Assembly (NCBI RefSeq): GCF_902713615.1
Contig: NW_024055473.1
Coordinates: forward strand, 408,610 to 472,609
DNA: 64,000 nt
Origin: Scyliorhinus canicula
Taxonomy: Eukaryota
Reading direction: 5' to 3'
Both the position numbers and the translations under genes were made by a program. The notes beneath the pieces are model-generated. The model was not told the DNA's origin. It ran no database searches and was given only the letters and a program-made list of their open reading frames with translations. Below, one piece after another: positions 24,884 through 36,770 of this stretch (its first letter is position 1; each line of letters begins with the position of its first letter).

Positions 24884-24921
24884 AGTTTTTGTACAGGTTC
24901 AGCGGGTTCTGTGTGTCTGTG
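24884..24921 (-). other. RSS of V9 (22-nt spacer)
   Basis: CACAGAC, 22-nt spacer, ACAAAAACT. Confidence 0.75.
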
Positions 24922-25350
24922 GGTCTCAGTGCGCAGTAATACACCGCGGAATCAGTCAGTTGTGCCTTCGAGACTTTCAGCGGAACGGTCCGACTAGATT
25001 CATCGAGCTTCGCTGAAAAGCGGTTCTCTGGAATGCCCTCCGTTTTCTCGCTGTATCTGTTCCTCTGCAACAAGTACTCCAAGGAGCCGCTGGGATACTG
25101 ACGGTACCAGAATAGGTAAGGAACGTCCCTGCTTGTAGATGTGAAATTACAGAACAATTCAATGTCACCTCCTTCATGTACTGTGGTTTCAGCTGGTGTC
25201 TGTGAAACCAAATCTCCTCGGCAATAACCTATAAGAGCCCAGAGCGATAGTAAATTAAACAATGTCGCTCCATTATCGATCCCCATTATCAGCCGATCAC
25301 TCCCAACAGTTACCCAGGAATTAAAGGAGAAGTGTTAAGAAGAAAGACAT
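24922..25350 (-). CDS. TCR alpha/delta V segment 'V9': V exon 25228-24922 open; its putative own leader (25350-25314) has an in-frame TAA
   Basis: V exon GYCRGDLVSQ...ELFCNF...LFWYRQYP...DSAVYYCALRP after acceptor ctcttatag. The leader reads MSFFLTLLL*FL-G followed by gtaact. Confidence 0.75.
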
Positions 25351-25603
25351 TCCCTACAAAATGTGAGTCATGGAGGAGGGGTTTGAACAACTTTCAGCAC
25401 TTTCCAGCGGGGTAAGATTAGGGGCAGTGGGGGAGAATGCGAATATCCAGAAGGGTTTTTAATGTTATGTTCAGATCGGTCTGAATGATTGTTTCTGCAC
25501 TTAGGATCAAGGTGTGGATATTTCTGTGTTCTCTATACTGACCGCTTAAATATAAAGTATGAGATAGATGTGAAACGCAGAGTTACATAGCATTCGAACT
25601 TAC

Positions 25604-25655
25604 CAGTTAAGACAGCAGCAGCTGTAAAGATAAAGGAAAAACTGACAGTGAACAT
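25604..25655 (-). other. Intact orphan leader exon of the V0/V5/V7 family with no V exon of its own family downstream
   Basis: MFTVSFSFIFTAAAVLT-G followed by gtaagt. It is 52 nt like the V0, V5 and V7 leaders. A CRE lies at 25857. Confidence 0.8.
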
Positions 25656-26639
25656 GTTCACACAGAGATGATGGCGGGGTTTGACGAGGCTTCTTCCACC
25701 TGAAATAGTTTTAATTCCAGAATAGGGTGAAGGTTGACTCATATCCAGCCTCTTTGCGGATTGGCTAGTTCTTGACAGAGACAGCAGCGGATAACCAATC
25801 AACCATTATTCTTCAAATCATCCAATCAACTCGCAGTTTCTGTGTTCTTCGATTCGTGACGTCAGTGCGGGGAGGAGAAAACAGTGAAATTGAACCTAAC
25901 ATTCTCACCGAGTGTAAATTGTTCCGTTCAAAATTGGTTATTATTTGATCCGTCCTATTGATTAGAAGGCGATGAACTTCCACAGGAGGACATGCTTGTT
26001 AAATAATTCTAAAAGTGTTCTCTCACATCTAGGAACTGTTTATGTAGAGAGTCCACGGTTCGCCCATGAATATATCAAGTCGGTGACATATTTAATGTGG
26101 CATCTGTGCCGGCGATTAACATTAACCTTTCTGCTGTATCCCGCTGCTGTTGTATATTTGTCACGGATTGTATGTTGTGAATATCAATCTTCACACTGAC
26201 AGTGTTCCTCTGACCAGACGGCACGCAAATAGTTTCAGTTCAGAACTTATTTATTCAAGCTATGGAAGGGGAGCTAAACACCCACAAGGTGATTTATCAG
26301 CTCCCGGATCATAGAGAATACAGAACAATTATATTTTTCATATATTTCAGGTAATAAACATACACTAACAATGCACAGTGGGTAAAACTGCCAGTGGGTA
26401 GCGTCAGGGACCCGGGTTCAATTCAGCCCTTGCGTGACTGTGTGGAGTTTTCACATTTTGTGTGGCCTTCCTTCTGGTGCTCCGGGTTTCTTCCATGGAT
26501 GTGCAGGTTAGGTGCAGTTACGGGGCGGACGATTGGGCCAAGGTAGGATGGTCGTTCTAAGTATCCCTGTAGACTTGTTAGGCCGAATGGCCTCTTTTTC
26601 CATTGTGGGGATTCTATGTCACAAACAGTAGATGACATC

Positions 26640-26960
26640 GGGCAGCACGGTAGCACAAGTGGTTAGCACTGTGGCTTCACGGCACCAGGGTACCAGTTTC
26701 GATCCCCGCTGGGTGACTGTGCGGAATTTGCATGTTCTCCCCGTGTCTGCGTGGGTTTCCTCCGGGTGCTCCGGTTTCCTCCCATTGTCCAAAGATGTGC
26801 GGGTTAGGTGGATTGGCCATGCTAAATTGCCCTTAGTGTCCAAAAAAGATTAGGAGGGGTTATTGGGTTACGGGGTAGGGTGGAAGTGAGGGTTTGAGTG
26901 GGTCGGTGCAGACTCGATGGGCCAAATGGCCTCCTTCTGCACTGTATGTTCTATGATCTG
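26640..26960 (+). mobile_element. Full-length tRNA-derived SINE (HE1-like shark family; other copies about 32281-32635, 34825-35160(-), 35228-35557, 39350-39700(-), 43420-43740, 47550-47830, 52260-52560, 56940-57170(-))
   Basis: ggcagcacggtagc...ggttcgat A/B-box head, gtgggtttcctccgggtgctccggtttcctccca core, (tatgttc)n tail. Confidence 0.9.
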
Positions 26961-27331
26961 TGACAACCTCTCAACGTGTAGTTCCCTTGCTTCGCAATTC
27001 AGTGCAAAGCTCTTTGTTTTCTGATTAATTATAATAATGTAGAGGGAATTAAGTTGTTCTCCTCACAGTAGGAACAAGGACTTCAGTAAAGACAATGTTG
27101 GGCTCAGAATAGGATCAGTCTTTGAGGTGGGATAGCGAAGTGACATTTAATGTCTTTATTTTATCAGCGCTCGAGATTCCCTCAAAATAATCTGCTCAGT
27201 GGCGGCGTAAAGCAGAAAGAGTGCTGGATTGAATTAACACAAACAGGTATACAGCAAAACTGATCTACATATTGTGATTTCTCATATGATATCAGCTCAC
27301 AGTCAATGAGAGGATGTGATAGTGCTTTGAC

Positions 27332-27370
27332 GGTTTATGTATGGACTGACTGTGTCTCTGCAACAGTGTG
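27332..27370 (-). other. 23-RSS of V10
   Basis: CACACTG, 23-nt spacer, ACATAAACC. Confidence 0.85.
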
Positions 27371-27804
27371 GGTCTCAGAGCACAGTGATACACAGCAGAG
27401 TCAGACACACGGACCCCGGTGATAGTTAAAGGAACTGTTTTTTGCTCCTGGTCCAAACGAGCAGAAAAACGGTCGGGAAAATGTGACGACTTGTCCCCCT
27501 CCGCCTTGCCGTCCTTTCTTAGTAAATATCTCGGAGATTCCCCTGGATACTGGATGTACCAGAAGAGGTAGGGATAGGTATCGGTTGTGGAGTAATTGCA
27601 GTTCAATATTATCGTGTGTCCCTCCTGAACCGTTATATCAGGCGGATCCTGGTAAACTGAATCAATTCCCTTTATTCCTGAAATAAAGAACAGTCTGTAT
27701 TAAACAATTGGGAGTAAACCTGATCAATCCACACAGGCGTATTGAACCGTCGACTCACCGGGTAGCAGAACCATGATTATCAGTAAAGGATATACGCAGC
27801 ACAT
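27371..27804 (-). CDS. TCR alpha/delta V segment 'V10', apparently functional (leader 27804-27759, V exon 27677-27371)
   Basis: Leader MCCVYPLLIIMVLLP followed by gtgagt. V exon ...ILNCNYS...LFWYIQYPGESP...DSAVYHCALRP is open. Confidence 0.9.
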
Positions 27805-28074
27805 GGTATGTGGTGTTCAGTTCGACTAGCATAACAGAATGGTTTAAACTGCGGAACTTTTTATTCTCATATTTAAAAGTAAAAACAGACCACGGATTAC
27901 TGCCCTTATTCAGACACTGAGGGTGCTGCTCACGACGGCGATTGGCTGATTTTTAAAAACAGATACGAACTGTCAACCAATCAGCATCCCTGATGTGAAA
28001 TTAACTGATCCATTCTCACCTGCTTCCGCTTGACGTCCGCCAGAGGATATCGCTCTTCTCACCCCATCTCTCTT

Positions 28075-29140
28075 TGTGCATACATACAGGCGCAGTCACG
28101 CACACAAACAAACACACAGAGACACACATAGACAGGCACGCACACAGTTTCTCACACACAGACACCCATACTCGGACACAAAAACAGACATACATGCAGA
28201 CACACACACAAACAAGCACAGACATACGCTCACCGACAGACACACACAGACATAAACATACACAAATAAACACGCAACACACAAAAGCACAGGCAAACAG
28301 GCACCCATATGAACACGCATACAGATACACACAAACAAACACACAAATAAAACAACGCACAGGAAAACACAACACACGCAGGGACACAGACACTGACGCA
28401 CACAGAAACATAACCATTCACACACACGCATTCGCAAAAACAGACACAAGGGCAAAGAGACAATACAGACACAAGGAAACATACACACAAACAGAGACAA
28501 GCAGGCACAGGCGCAGACGCATCTATGAGGCACCGGCAGACACACACAGACGTACACATAAACACAGACACCAAATGGACACGCACACACATACATAAAC
28601 ACACGTAGACACACTGACACCGGCACAATCACACACACACACACACACAGACAAACACAAGGACAGACACACATAAGGACAGACACACAGACACACGCAC
28701 CTACATATATCATAGGATACAGACAGACAAAAACACACGCACTAAGACAGAGATAAACAGACATGCCAACATACACAGACACAAATAAAACAACACCAAG
28801 CAAGTACAAACACAGGTAGTTACACACACATACACTCACACACACTGGCACACACACCTTCGCACACACAGACACAAATGCAGGCACGTAGAAACACAAA
28901 GACTGGCAAACATGCACAGGCACAAACGAACCAGCAGACATTCACAGATACAAACACAGTCATAATCATAAACACTGACACACAGGCACACACACAGGCA
29001 CGCACAAATATACACAAAAAACAAAGGCACACACAAACAAAACACAGACAAACGCGTACACAGACGCACACAGATATATACGCACACAACATCACAGGCA
29101 ATTAAAAACTGAGATACACACAGAACACACACACAAACAA
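28075..29140. repeat. Degenerate (CA)n-rich low-complexity tract
   Basis: Dense aca/cac/gac repeats. The overlapping ORFs are V/C or H/T compositional artefacts. Confidence 0.9.
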
Positions 29141-29169
29141 ACTTCCCCCTCCCTCGGCTTACTTTGGTT

Positions 29170-29650
29170 GTTGCGTGGCTGATGAGCCAGATCCTAGAGC
29201 AGCATCTTCAATCACTCACTTGGCAGGAGTTTCCAAAAAGTGGCATCGGTCCTCGGGCGCTCAGTCGCAGGCATTGGTTTCTAAGGCTCCTTTCCCGGGC
29301 CTCTCCTTGCCGTCGGGTGTTTTCGGAGAATTGTGACTCTTCAATCAGGAGGTACCTCCAAATAGGTCTCTTCTGAGCAAAGGACTCCCAGAAATTGACT
29401 TCCATGTTCCATTTCTTGAGGCAAGCCTGCAAGGTGTCTTTTAAGAACATACTTTGTCCTCCTCTTGTTCGGGATCCTTCCTTGAGTTGGGTGATGAAGA
29501 TTTGTTCAGGCAGTCGGGACCGTGAAATCATATGGGCCGGACAGCGGAGTTGTCTTTGGATGATCATGACCTCGATACTGGTGCTTTTGACTCCTTGAAG
29601 GACACTAATGTTAACATGTCTGTCATTCCAGCTGATTCGGAGATAACGTG
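29170..29650 (-). mobile_element. RTE-clade LINE 3' fragment
   Basis: QRQLR...SRLPEQIF...LKEGSRTRGGQ..LKDTLQACLKK...WESFAQKRPIWR. Confidence 0.8.
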
Positions 29651-30699
29651 CATTTGGATTTTGCGATTTACTTTAAGCTGAGTTGTTTACGCGTAGCACT
29701 GATGCCATGTTTATCCTTCGAAGCCTCAGTGATTATTTCAAATGGGTCAGCAAAGTTTGCTGCCGTAGTTGACACATACAAGCCTCCTGTAAGCTAAAGT
29801 GATCTATCTGTCTGACAGGTATTGCAGCGAGTCGATCACCCACCTTACCAGTCTATGATGCCAGAGGAGATGTGTGCCAGGATGCTGCCCTTCAGCAGCT
29901 GCTTCTCTCGGACCTTGAGCTTGTCAATTAACAATAGTCAACACTCCCCTTGTCTCCCTCCATTCCCTCTTCCCTCCCCCCTCTTCACATCATCTCTCCA
30001 ACTCTTCCCTCCATCCCCTTCCCTCGCTGCCTCCCACAAATATACACTGCCGTTGTGTTTAAGTCAGAAAATATATTTTATTGCAAGAAATTTGAAACGG
30101 TGAAGTCGTTTAATCTCATTGTTCATTTGAGAAAGTCAAACGGTAAGTTAAATGTTCAGTGGTTTCAAAGTTTTGTATTTCAAAAATTATTCTTGGTCAT
30201 AAATGTTTGACATTTAACCTTACAAGCTTCAACAAATGTCTTACTGACACATCAGAACAAAGCATATAATTGAGATAATTATAAATGAAGAAGATAATGA
30301 AAGTAAACAAGGCAGAAACATTTAACACGTTGGCACAATGGTTAGCACTGATGCCTCACGACACTAGAGACGCATCTTCAATTCTGACCTTGGTTGATGT
30401 GTGGTGTTTGTGCATTCTCCCCGTGCCTGCATGGGTTTCCTAGAACCTGGAATAGAACCATCGACTGGAGCCAATCAGTACATCAAGTCTGCACTGACCC
30501 TCTGAAAGAGTACACTACCTGTGTCCACTCCCTCGCCCTATCTCCGATACGTAACCTGTGCATCTGAAGTCGGAAGGGCAGGCGATTGGGGTGGTGAAAA
30601 ATGCATATGGTACACTTGCCTTTATCAATCGTGGCATAGATTGTTAAAGCAAGGATATCATGTTGCATTTATATAGCGCATAGTTCAGAGGAAAAGTCA

Positions 30700-31790
30700 C
30701 ACCCGGGTGTGGTATATCTGCTGGTTAACGAACCCGGCAGAAGAAAGTGAAGGACTTGGCCAAGGACTTGATAGAGACATGTGGCGCAGCAGCAGTGGAA
30801 GGATCGTGGAGGCGGGAGCGACAGTGCATGTCGCAAATCCCCAGAGGGAACAGTTGAAGACCTTTATCAAGGAAGAGTTCTGCCAGCAGAGGAAGGAGAT
30901 GCAGGAGGATGGCTCGAAGGCCATAGAAGGGGCTGTGACACCCCAAAGGGATCGATCGAGAGCGTGGAGCAATGCTGGCGGGTACAGAGGTCGCCGATAC
31001 AAGAGATTGAGAAGGTGATGTCGGGCCACAGCGATCGGGTGGTGGCATTGAAGGCGGAGGTGGAAGTCTTAGGAGACCTTTGTAAGAGCAAAGGTGGAGG
31101 AGCAGGAAAGTAAGTCGAGAAGGCAGAATCTGTGGATAGTGGGCCTGCCTAAAGGAATGGAAGGTGCGAGTACCGCGAGGTACGTTTCAAGGATGCTGGC
31201 GGGTCTGGTGGTGGAGGGGGTGCTGGGCAAGGCCCCTGGGGTGAACAGAGAGCACAGGTCTCTGGGGAAGAGGCTTAGAGGCAGGAGCCGCTGCGGGCGG
31301 TGATCAGGAGGTCCCACAAGTTCGTCGAGAGGGAGAAGATTCTGCAGTCAGCTAGCGAGAAGCGGAACTGCGAATGGGAGTGGAACAAAGCCCTAATAAA
31401 CCAGAACATGGGAGCTAAGCTGGCAAAACGGCGTGTGGGTTTAACGCAGCCAGGGCGGTGCTGCATCGACAGCGGATCAGGGTTGGGGTGCTGTACCCGC
31501 CGAAACTATGGCTACCTATGAATACCCGGAATGCTATTTCGAGGCACCAGAAGCGGCCAATGACTTTATCAAGGAGCATAAACTGAGGACCACTGAACTG
31601 AGCAATTTTGGGACGAGGTGCTGGTACTTTGAAGTAATTGAGATGGGGTAGAGCGGGGGTTGGAGGGAGGGGTGGGTTTCTTTTACTCCGATTTTTACTG
31701 TTGGGTTGACTAACCGTAGCAGGGGTGAAAGGTTTGAAAGGCGACGGCTGCCCCCACTCACTTCCTCTCCTCCCCCACCCCATCCTGCTG
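30700..31790 (+). mobile_element. L1/Tx1-type LINE ORF1 remnant
   Basis: EEQESKSRRQNLWIVGLPKGMEG...EHRSL...HKFVEREKIL is an L1 ORF1p-like RRM region, with frameshifts. Confidence 0.8.
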
Positions 31791-32049
31791 CCTCGGCCTG
31801 TATTGTTTTTGTTTGAATTTGGGGAGGTGACCTGTGGTTCGAGATGAGTCTCTGCTTGGGTGGGGGAGGGGGAGTTTATTGAGAACTTTCTTCACAGAAC
31901 AGAGAGGTGAGGGCGGGGGATGATGGCAGTCGGGGTGGGGGGGGGGGGGGTGGGTGGGAGAGGGTTGGGGTGGAGGGAGGCTTATGCGATGTAGTGAGGT
32001 TTGATACGAAACATGGGAGGGGGCGGAGAAAAGGGGCGTTCTTGGATGG

Positions 32050-33120
32050 GCTATGTACAGGGTGAAATTTTATTTTTATAAAACATTTTACTGAGGTATT
32101 TGTGATTTTGTAACAATAACAGAAGAAACCGTGTACATACAAATATATACATTGTGCAAAGGCCGTCTTCCTCACTCACAGGTTCCACCTTTCTTACACA
32201 CTAATCTAAACTAAACTACAACCCCCCCCCCCCGCCCCACCGTTTTGGCTGACAGTTAATTTTGTCTAAAGAAGTCAGCAGGGCGGCACGGTAGCATGGT
32301 GGTTAGCATAAATGCTTCACAGCTCCAGGGTCCCAGGTTCGGTTCCCGGCTGGGTCACTGTCTGTGTGGAGTCTGCACGTCCTCCCCGTGTGTGCGTGGG
32401 TTTCCCCCGGGTGCTCCGGTTTCCTCCCACAGTCCAAAGATGTGCGGGCTAGGTGGATTGGCCATGCTAAATTGCCAGTAGTGACCTTAAAAGTAAGGTT
32501 AAGGGTGTGGGGGGTTGTTGGGTTACGGGTATAGGGTATAGGGTGGATACGTGGGTTTGAGTAGGGTGATCATTGCTCGGCACAACATCGAGGGCCGAAG
32601 GGCCTGTTCTGTTCTGTGCTGTACTGTTCTATGTTCCAAAACTCCGAAAATCGGCGCCACCGTTGTTTTAACACCATGGACATGACATCCACAAACCCCT
32701 GCCAGAACTCCCTAAGCTTCGGGTATGCCCAGAACATAGGAACATGGTTTGCTGGTCCTTCTGCACACCTTGCACACCTGTCTTCTGTCCCAAAGAACCG
32801 TCATGTGTGCCCGGTGAACAACCTTAAATTGTATCAGGCTGGGCCTGGCGCATGATGTGGACGCGTTGACCCTCCTTAACGCATCCGCCCAGAGACCATC
32901 CTCTATCTCTCCTCCTAACCCCTCTTCCCCTTTGTGTCTCAGCTCCTGGATCTGCCTTCCCTCTGACCCCTTGATTTATTTATAGATGTCCGAAACCTTC
33001 CCCTCTCCCCGCCATACTCTGGAAACTACCCTGTCGTGTATCCCCCTTGGTGGCAGTAGCGGGAAGGTTGAGACCTGCCTGCGTAGGAAGTCCCGTGCCT
33101 GCAGGTACTTAAACTGTATA
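32050..33120 (-). mobile_element. L1-type LINE 3' end (ORF2 C-terminal part and 3' UTR) interrupted by a SINE
   Basis: Minus-strand AATAAA-like/T-rich end at about 32070; similarity to the 41480-42450 element (acatg(t/g)...gcca, ggtgcgcc). Confidence 0.55.
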
Positions 33121-34262
33121 GGGTGAAATTAACAGGGTTAGAGCTGAAAGGTAAGGATGGCTGATGGTAGAGGCACTGGAGGTGTAAGCCGCCGGTAAGG
33201 CTGATATCATGGAACGTGCGAGTGCTCAATGGACCGGTGAAGAGATTTCGGGTCTTTGCATATCGAATATTCCCATATTCCCATCTGTCCTATCGTTTCT
33301 TCGGCCCCTGCACCGCATCTTTGTGATTCCTGCTGCCAGCTGGAAACTCGCCCTATCCAGTTCACACATTCCCTTTAGAATGATCTTGTAATCTGTATGC
33401 TATAAGGTGATTTCTACCAGCTTTGAAGAATTTTCAGTCTCAATAACCTTTAATTCCTCGATCTGATTTTCCCATCCAAACCTAATATGACGGAAATAAT
33501 GATTCGAACAGTAATATGACTGATAAACTAATAGTGTATCTCTCTCTCCCTCTCGGATCAAGTTTTCGGTCTGATTTGATTCTGCAGTTAAGTTTTCTCT
33601 GCCAATCCTGGATGTAGTTTGTTGACGGTTTCATAGGAGGTTAATGTGGTTTCCTTCATGTGTTTGAGCGGCCATCAACGTCACTTTCTGATCTCAATCT
33701 TTCCGTCCAATGAAACAATCTCAAATCTGCTCCTCGTTTCCTCAGATAAGATTTGAATGAGTTTCTGTGATCACCCGAATCTCTTTGACCAACAATATTA
33801 AATCTCTGAGGATGAAGACAGTCAGTAAGTGAGCACAGTCCATGGTGTGAGGGAGAATCAGTGAGGGAGAATCTGCGGTTTTATCTGATCTGCTCCACTC
33901 GGTCATTGTGCACGTTGTTTAATTTTAAGACGGTGCGTGACGGCTCACGAAAAACATTGATATCATTGCCATGTGGGTAACCTGGTAAAACGGAGCCATT
34001 CGCTCTGAGCGGGAGATTTCCTTCGGTTGCTATTGTAAATTCAATAATATACTGATTGGACATTCGCGTATTTGCGATTACCGTCACACATCGCTCATTG
34101 GAGTTTTCCACAGAGAGGTCCGAGGATATTTTCTCGATTCTGTTAATCTGCGCCCTCAGTTCATTTGCCTCATCGTTAAGACTCCTTGCATTAAAGCAAA
34201 AAGAAAGCAACCAATGAGTGAATTGATCATGGTCAGTGATTCTGGAACTCAACTCAATGGCT

Positions 34263-34334
34263 TCCCTGGTGGTCTAGTGGTTAGGATTCTGCGCTTTCAC
34301 CGCCGTGGCCCGGGTTCGATTCCCGGTCAGGGAT
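34263..34334 (+). tRNA. trnE-TTC: tRNA-Glu(TTC), possibly a variant or pseudogene
   Basis: TCCCTGGTGGTCTAGTGGTTAGGATTCTGCGCTTTCACCGCCGTGGCCCGGGTTCGATTCCCGGTCAGGGAT. The acceptor stem pairs. There is one T-C mismatch in the anticodon stem, a T discriminator and only a short T run downstream. Confidence 0.8.
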
Positions 34335-36059
34335 TTGTTCTTGTTGCTGCTGTGTGAACTGTCACAATCAACAGGAAATCCCTAAACAATGAAAGCAGGG
34401 TTTTGACTGAGAAGCAGTTAATATTCCAGCTGTGTGAGTTTGATAAATCGGAGATGTGACAGGTGTGGAGCCGGAGGGAGTAAATGATAAAGGAGAAGGT
34501 CTGGGATAGGTTACAAAGCATCAGATATAATGATGAAAATGGGATAAATGTGCCGTGGGAACGGGGCAGATTTTAATTAATGCTGTTCAAACTGGCACAG
34601 ATGTCATTTCTGCTCAACTCCGATGCTCTTCCAAAGCAGTGCTGTGTGTCGAATGGCCCCTTTCAGTGCTATACCTTTCCCTAATAGTTCCACATTTATC
34701 CCCACTGCTGCTGATGTCTTCACGGTTATTCTGCCGGTCATTCCGCAAATATTTCCATTCTTCCCCGTTTTAACCTCACGGGATTAAGCAAATTAGGCGA
34801 CGTATTCCATTGGCATTTCGTGAGAGGTCATAGATCATAGATCAACAGCACAGAACAGGCCCTTCGGCCCTCGATGTTGTGCCGAGCAATGATCACCCTA
34901 CTCAAACCCATGTATCCACCCTGTACCCGTAACCCAAACAACCCCCCCTTAACCTTACTTTTTAGGCCACTACGGGCAATTTAGCATGGCCAATCCACCT
35001 AACCCGCACATCTTCGGACTTTGGGAGGAAACCGGAGCACCCGGAGGAAACCCACGCACACAGGGGGAGGACGTGCAGACTCCACACAGACAGTGACCCA
35101 GCCGGGAACTGAACCTGGGACCCTGAAGCTGGGAAGCATTTACGCTAACCACCATGCTACCCTGCTGCATGGTCGAGATTAGGAATCAGGTCTGGAATTT
35201 TGTTTTTATTCCATTTAACCGAGAATGGGGGCCTCACGGTAGCATGGTGGTTAGCATCACTGCTTCACAGCTCCAGGGTCCCAGGTTCGATTCCCGGCTG
35301 GGTCACTGTCTGTGTGGAGTCTGCACGTCCTCCCCGTGTGCGCGTGGGTTTCCTCCGGGTGCTCCGGTTTCCTCCCACAGTCCAAAGATGTGCGGGTTAG
35401 GTGGATTGGCCATGCTAAATTGCCCGTAGTGTAAGGTTAATGGGGGGATTGTTGGGTTACGGGTATACGGGTTACGTGGGTTTAAGTGGGGTGATCATTG
35501 TTCGGCACAACATTGAGGGCCGAAGGGCCTGTTCTGTGCTGTACTGTTCTATGTTCTAATTCATTTTCCATTCATTCATCGTAAATTACGATTAACTGGC
35601 AGGATTAGAACTTTCCTGGAGGTTCGAATCAGTTTTCGGATCTATCACCTTAACCAGTGAGCCAATGGTACAGCCCAGGCATGCAAACTAATGGCGTTCT
35701 GATAAAATCATAGCCTCAATTGCAGAATGAAATAATATTTACTTCTGACATTTTTAATTATTTCCGCTCATGACTGATTCTCTCCGTGGTTCTCTGTGTG
35801 CAGTGTTCTCTGTGGTTTACAGAGTATAGACATTGGGAGAGAGGAATAGACCGTTCGGCCCAACTAAATTGTGTCTGCGCATGTACTCCAGACCAGACTG
35901 TCCCCTCCCGTCCGATATCTAACTGACCATTTCCATCCAGCTCCCTGTGTCCGTCTAGTCTGTTCTCTTTCCAGTATTTCCAAGTCTGCCCATAAATGTA
36001 TCAATACTCTCTGTTCCAAGCTCCATGTGGCAACAGGTTCCATCTTCTCACAATCCTGT

Positions 36060-36770
36060 ATTTAAATTTCTTCTACTTCATATCTGCATTTGTTCGGTTA
36101 CTGATATATATCAACATAGAAAACAGGTGCAGGAGTAGACCATTCTTCGAGCCTGCACCACCATTCAAATGTTCATGGCTGATAATGCAAATCCCTTCTC
36201 ACACTCCCACTTTCTCTCCATTCCCCTCGCTCGCTTTAGCCGCAAGGGCCACGTCCAGCTCCCTCTTGAATATATCAAACAAACTGGCCCTCACGGCTTT
36301 CTGCGGCAGAGACTTCCATAAGTCGACAACTCTTTAAGAGAAGAAGTTCTGCCTCATCTCAGTCCTGAATGGCGCATTCTTTATTCTTCGGCTGTGACCC
36401 CTAGTCCCAACATCGGGAACATTTGTCTCGCATCTGGCAAACGTGGAGTCCCATCAGGATTGTATATGTTTCTATGAGATCCCCTCTCATTCTTCTAAAC
36501 TCCAGTGAGTCCAAACCCAGTCGATCCAGTATTTCTTCATATGTCAGGCCTGCCATCCCGGAAATTAGTCTGGTGAACTTTCGCTGGACATGCTCAAAAG
36601 CAAGAATGTCTTGCCTCAAACTAAAACTACACACAATTCTCAAAGTGCGGCCTCACCAAGGCTCCATATAACTGTTGAAAGCAATCCCATCTCCTACGCT
36701 CAAACCTTCTCTATCTGAAGGCCAGCATACCATAGGCTTTCCTCGTCGCCTGCTGTACCTGCATGCCAAC
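36060..36770 (-). mobile_element. CR1 LINE 3' fragment
   Basis: QDILAFEHVQRKFTRLISGMAGLTYEE...RRMRGDLIETY. Confidence 0.85.

Noticed and set aside
1281-27804. V segments as NAR-TCR supporting V or as Ig VH/VL
   Set aside because: Each intact one has its own leader and TCR-type ends (CALRP, CGLRD, CAMQP) with a long-spacer RSS. None has the leaderless structure of supporting V or VH framework motifs.
28016-29132. Several long ORFs (up to 281 aa) on both strands
   Set aside because: They are translations of a CA/GT low-complexity tract (V/C or H/T/Q-rich) with no domain signal.
33881-34252. 123-aa minus-strand ORF next to the tRNA; similar unassigned ORFs at 18417-18761 and 38023-38367
   Set aside because: No recognisable motifs, splice context or paralogy. 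The length is compatible with chance.
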